Below, in pieces: positions 15,251 through 16,622 of a stretch of DNA of 16,622 bases; positions within the stretch are counted from its first letter, which is position 1; each line of letters begins with the position of its first letter. The position numbers and the translations under genes are program-made. This DNA is from Aulosira sp. ZfuVER01 (GTDB lineage: Bacteria; Cyanobacteriota; Cyanobacteriia; Cyanobacteriales; Nostocaceae), in assembly GCA_034530615.2 (NCBI GenBank), contig JAVRCV020000078.1:1-16622 (forward strand), written 5' to 3'. The notes below the pieces were generated by a model. It did no database searches and was not told the origin of the DNA. It was given only the letters and a program-made list of their open reading frames with translations.

Positions 15251-16471
15251 ATGGATTTTAGCCAAACTCTGATTGCAAAAAATGATGCCATTATTGATCG
15301 TTGGGTAGAAGCGGTTTACCAAGATCAACAAATTGAAGCTACTAATGAGCTGACATTCAAAGCTGTCAGAGATAGCCTACCCCAGGTTCTAAAAGCATTA
15401 GCAACTGTACTTTCTGAATCAGCCACAAGCGATTTGCAGACTGTAGTTGATGCCAGTCTAGAACATGGTAGGATTCGTGCAGAGCAAGGATTCGAGCCAG
15501 CCGAAATTGCGCGAGAGTATCGTTTACTCCGATTTGTGATTTTTTCCCTTTTAGAAGAAGATTTAATTCAGGCGTCGCCTGTGGAGATGCTGCGAGCTGT
15601 GCGTTTAATTGATACAGTAATTGATGAAGCGATCGCACGTTGCTTTAGTAGCTATACTTATGGACGATTAGAAGAGCTTAAACAACTCCAAAATCAGTTG
15701 CGGTTGACTAACCAAGAGCTAACTCGTTTAGTTCGCGCTAGTAAAGATAGCATGTCTCAGTTAGCTCATGAACTGAAAACGCCTTTAACTTCAATCATTG
15801 GTTATGCAGACTTATTTCTGCGCCAGCATCGTCAACAAGAATCGGAACTCAATGATTCACCAGCAAATCTCGAATCTATCGAGCGAGTTCTTAGAAGTGG
15901 TAGGCTAATTCTCCATTTAATTAACGATACTTTAGAAATTTCTCGTTACGATGCTGGCAAAATGAAATTACAGCCTACCTTATCTGATGTCCGTGAGTTA
16001 ATTAACTCAGTTGTAGAAATTGTTGAGCCTTTAGCGCGTGCTAAAGAATTAGTCTTAAGTGTAAATTGCGATCGCGCTCCCGCTCAAGTTATTATCGATC
16101 CACTTCGAGTTCAGCAAATTCTTACCAATCTACTCAGCAATGCTATTCGATATACAGAATCTGGTAGCGTTAATTTGAAGTGTTGGCAAGTCTGCGATCG
16201 GCAGTGGGCTGTCTCTGTTCAGGATAGCGGTATTGGGATTCCTCTGGAGGCTCAAACAGAAATTTTTAAACCCTATTTTCGTGTAGTAAGCGATCAATTG
16301 CCTCATACTGACGGTACAGGGTTGGGATTAGCAATAGTGTCTCGTTTAGTTGAGTTAATGTATGGTGAAATTCAAGTAGTTTCACAGCCAGGTCAAGGCT
16401 CTACATTTACAGTGATTTTGCCATTAGAAGCGATCGCTTCTGAAGAAGATACAGTAAATGCCACACGTTAA
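15251..16471 (+). CDS. Soluble sensor histidine kinase (RsbRD_N-like N-domain + HisKA + HATPase_c)
   Basis: H-box LAHELKTPL, N-box NLLSNAIRYT, G1 DSGIGI, G2 GTGLGLAIV; N-terminal HGRIRAEQGF...EY pattern; no TM segment. Confidence 0.93.
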   Translation: MDFSQTLIAKNDAIIDRWVEAVYQDQQIEATNELTFKAVRDSLPQVLKALATVLSESATSDLQTVVDASLEHGRIRAEQGFEPAEIAREYRLLRFVIFSLLEEDLIQASPVEMLRAVRLIDTVIDEAIARCFSSYTYGRLEELKQLQNQLRLTNQELTRLVRASKDSMSQLAHELKTPLTSIIGYADLFLRQHRQQESELNDSPANLESIERVLRSGRLILHLINDTLEISRYDAGKMKLQPTLSDVRELINSVVEIVEPLARAKELVLSVNCDRAPAQVIIDPLRVQQILTNLLSNAIRYTESGSVNLKCWQVCDRQWAVSVQDSGIGIPLEAQTEIFKPYFRVVSDQLPHTDGTGLGLAIVSRLVELMYGEIQVVSQPGQGSTFTVILPLEAIASEEDTVNATR

Positions 16472-16622
16472 GGTTAAATAACCAACAAGTTACAGAGAAT
16501 ATTGTTGTTCCAAAACTGCGATCGCTAAAATCTTAATGATATTTACGTTCTGCATTACTATGAGATTTTATAGCCATAGCCAGCTTAGTTAGGACGCTGC
16601 TTGCTTGAGAACAGTTTCCATT

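Larger units (their letters stand above)
1159..16525. repeat. HIP1 octamer GCGATCGC, 14 dispersed perfect copies
   Basis: Found by eye starting at 1159, 3488, 4731, 5713, 7589, 9862, 11211, 11484, 11751, 12653, 15629, 16068, 16430 and 16518. Confidence 0.92.

Noticed and set aside
15055..15638. Short ORFs overlapping the PG-binding gene end, spacer and kinase
   Set aside because: They overlap well-supported genes and have no motifs.

Overview
Chromosomal window from a filamentous heterocyst-forming (Nostocales-type) cyanobacterium. The assignment is inferred from 14 perfect HIP1 octamers (GCGATCGC), 7-/9-mer short tandem repeats (STRRs) in most spacers, and the gene content. From left to right: (1) an AT-rich accessory patch (1-2200) with an apparently orphaned RHH/CopG antitoxin, an antitoxin-like gene plus PIN/VapC-like toxin, and a membrane-anchored ORFan; (2) the three-gene transhydrogenase operon pntAA-pntAB-pntB on the minus strand, ending at an intrinsic terminator; (3) a divergent housekeeping cluster: DUF2808-like gene, rpmH (missed by the ORF track), rnpA, a PH-domain membrane protein, yidC, jag, yceD/DUF177, a Ycf46-type AAA ATPase and an SH3b protein; (4) a multi-repeat peptidoglycan-binding protein and an orphan soluble histidine kinase. 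The most unusual structure is non-coding. Upstream of yidC, one small hairpin element carries two related elements inside it (7945-8093), and the composite splits one arm of a 23-bp STRR inverted repeat. A fourth family member lies at 12484-12526. No CRISPR array, tRNA, rRNA or transposase was seen. Family assignments come from motif recognition, not database searches.
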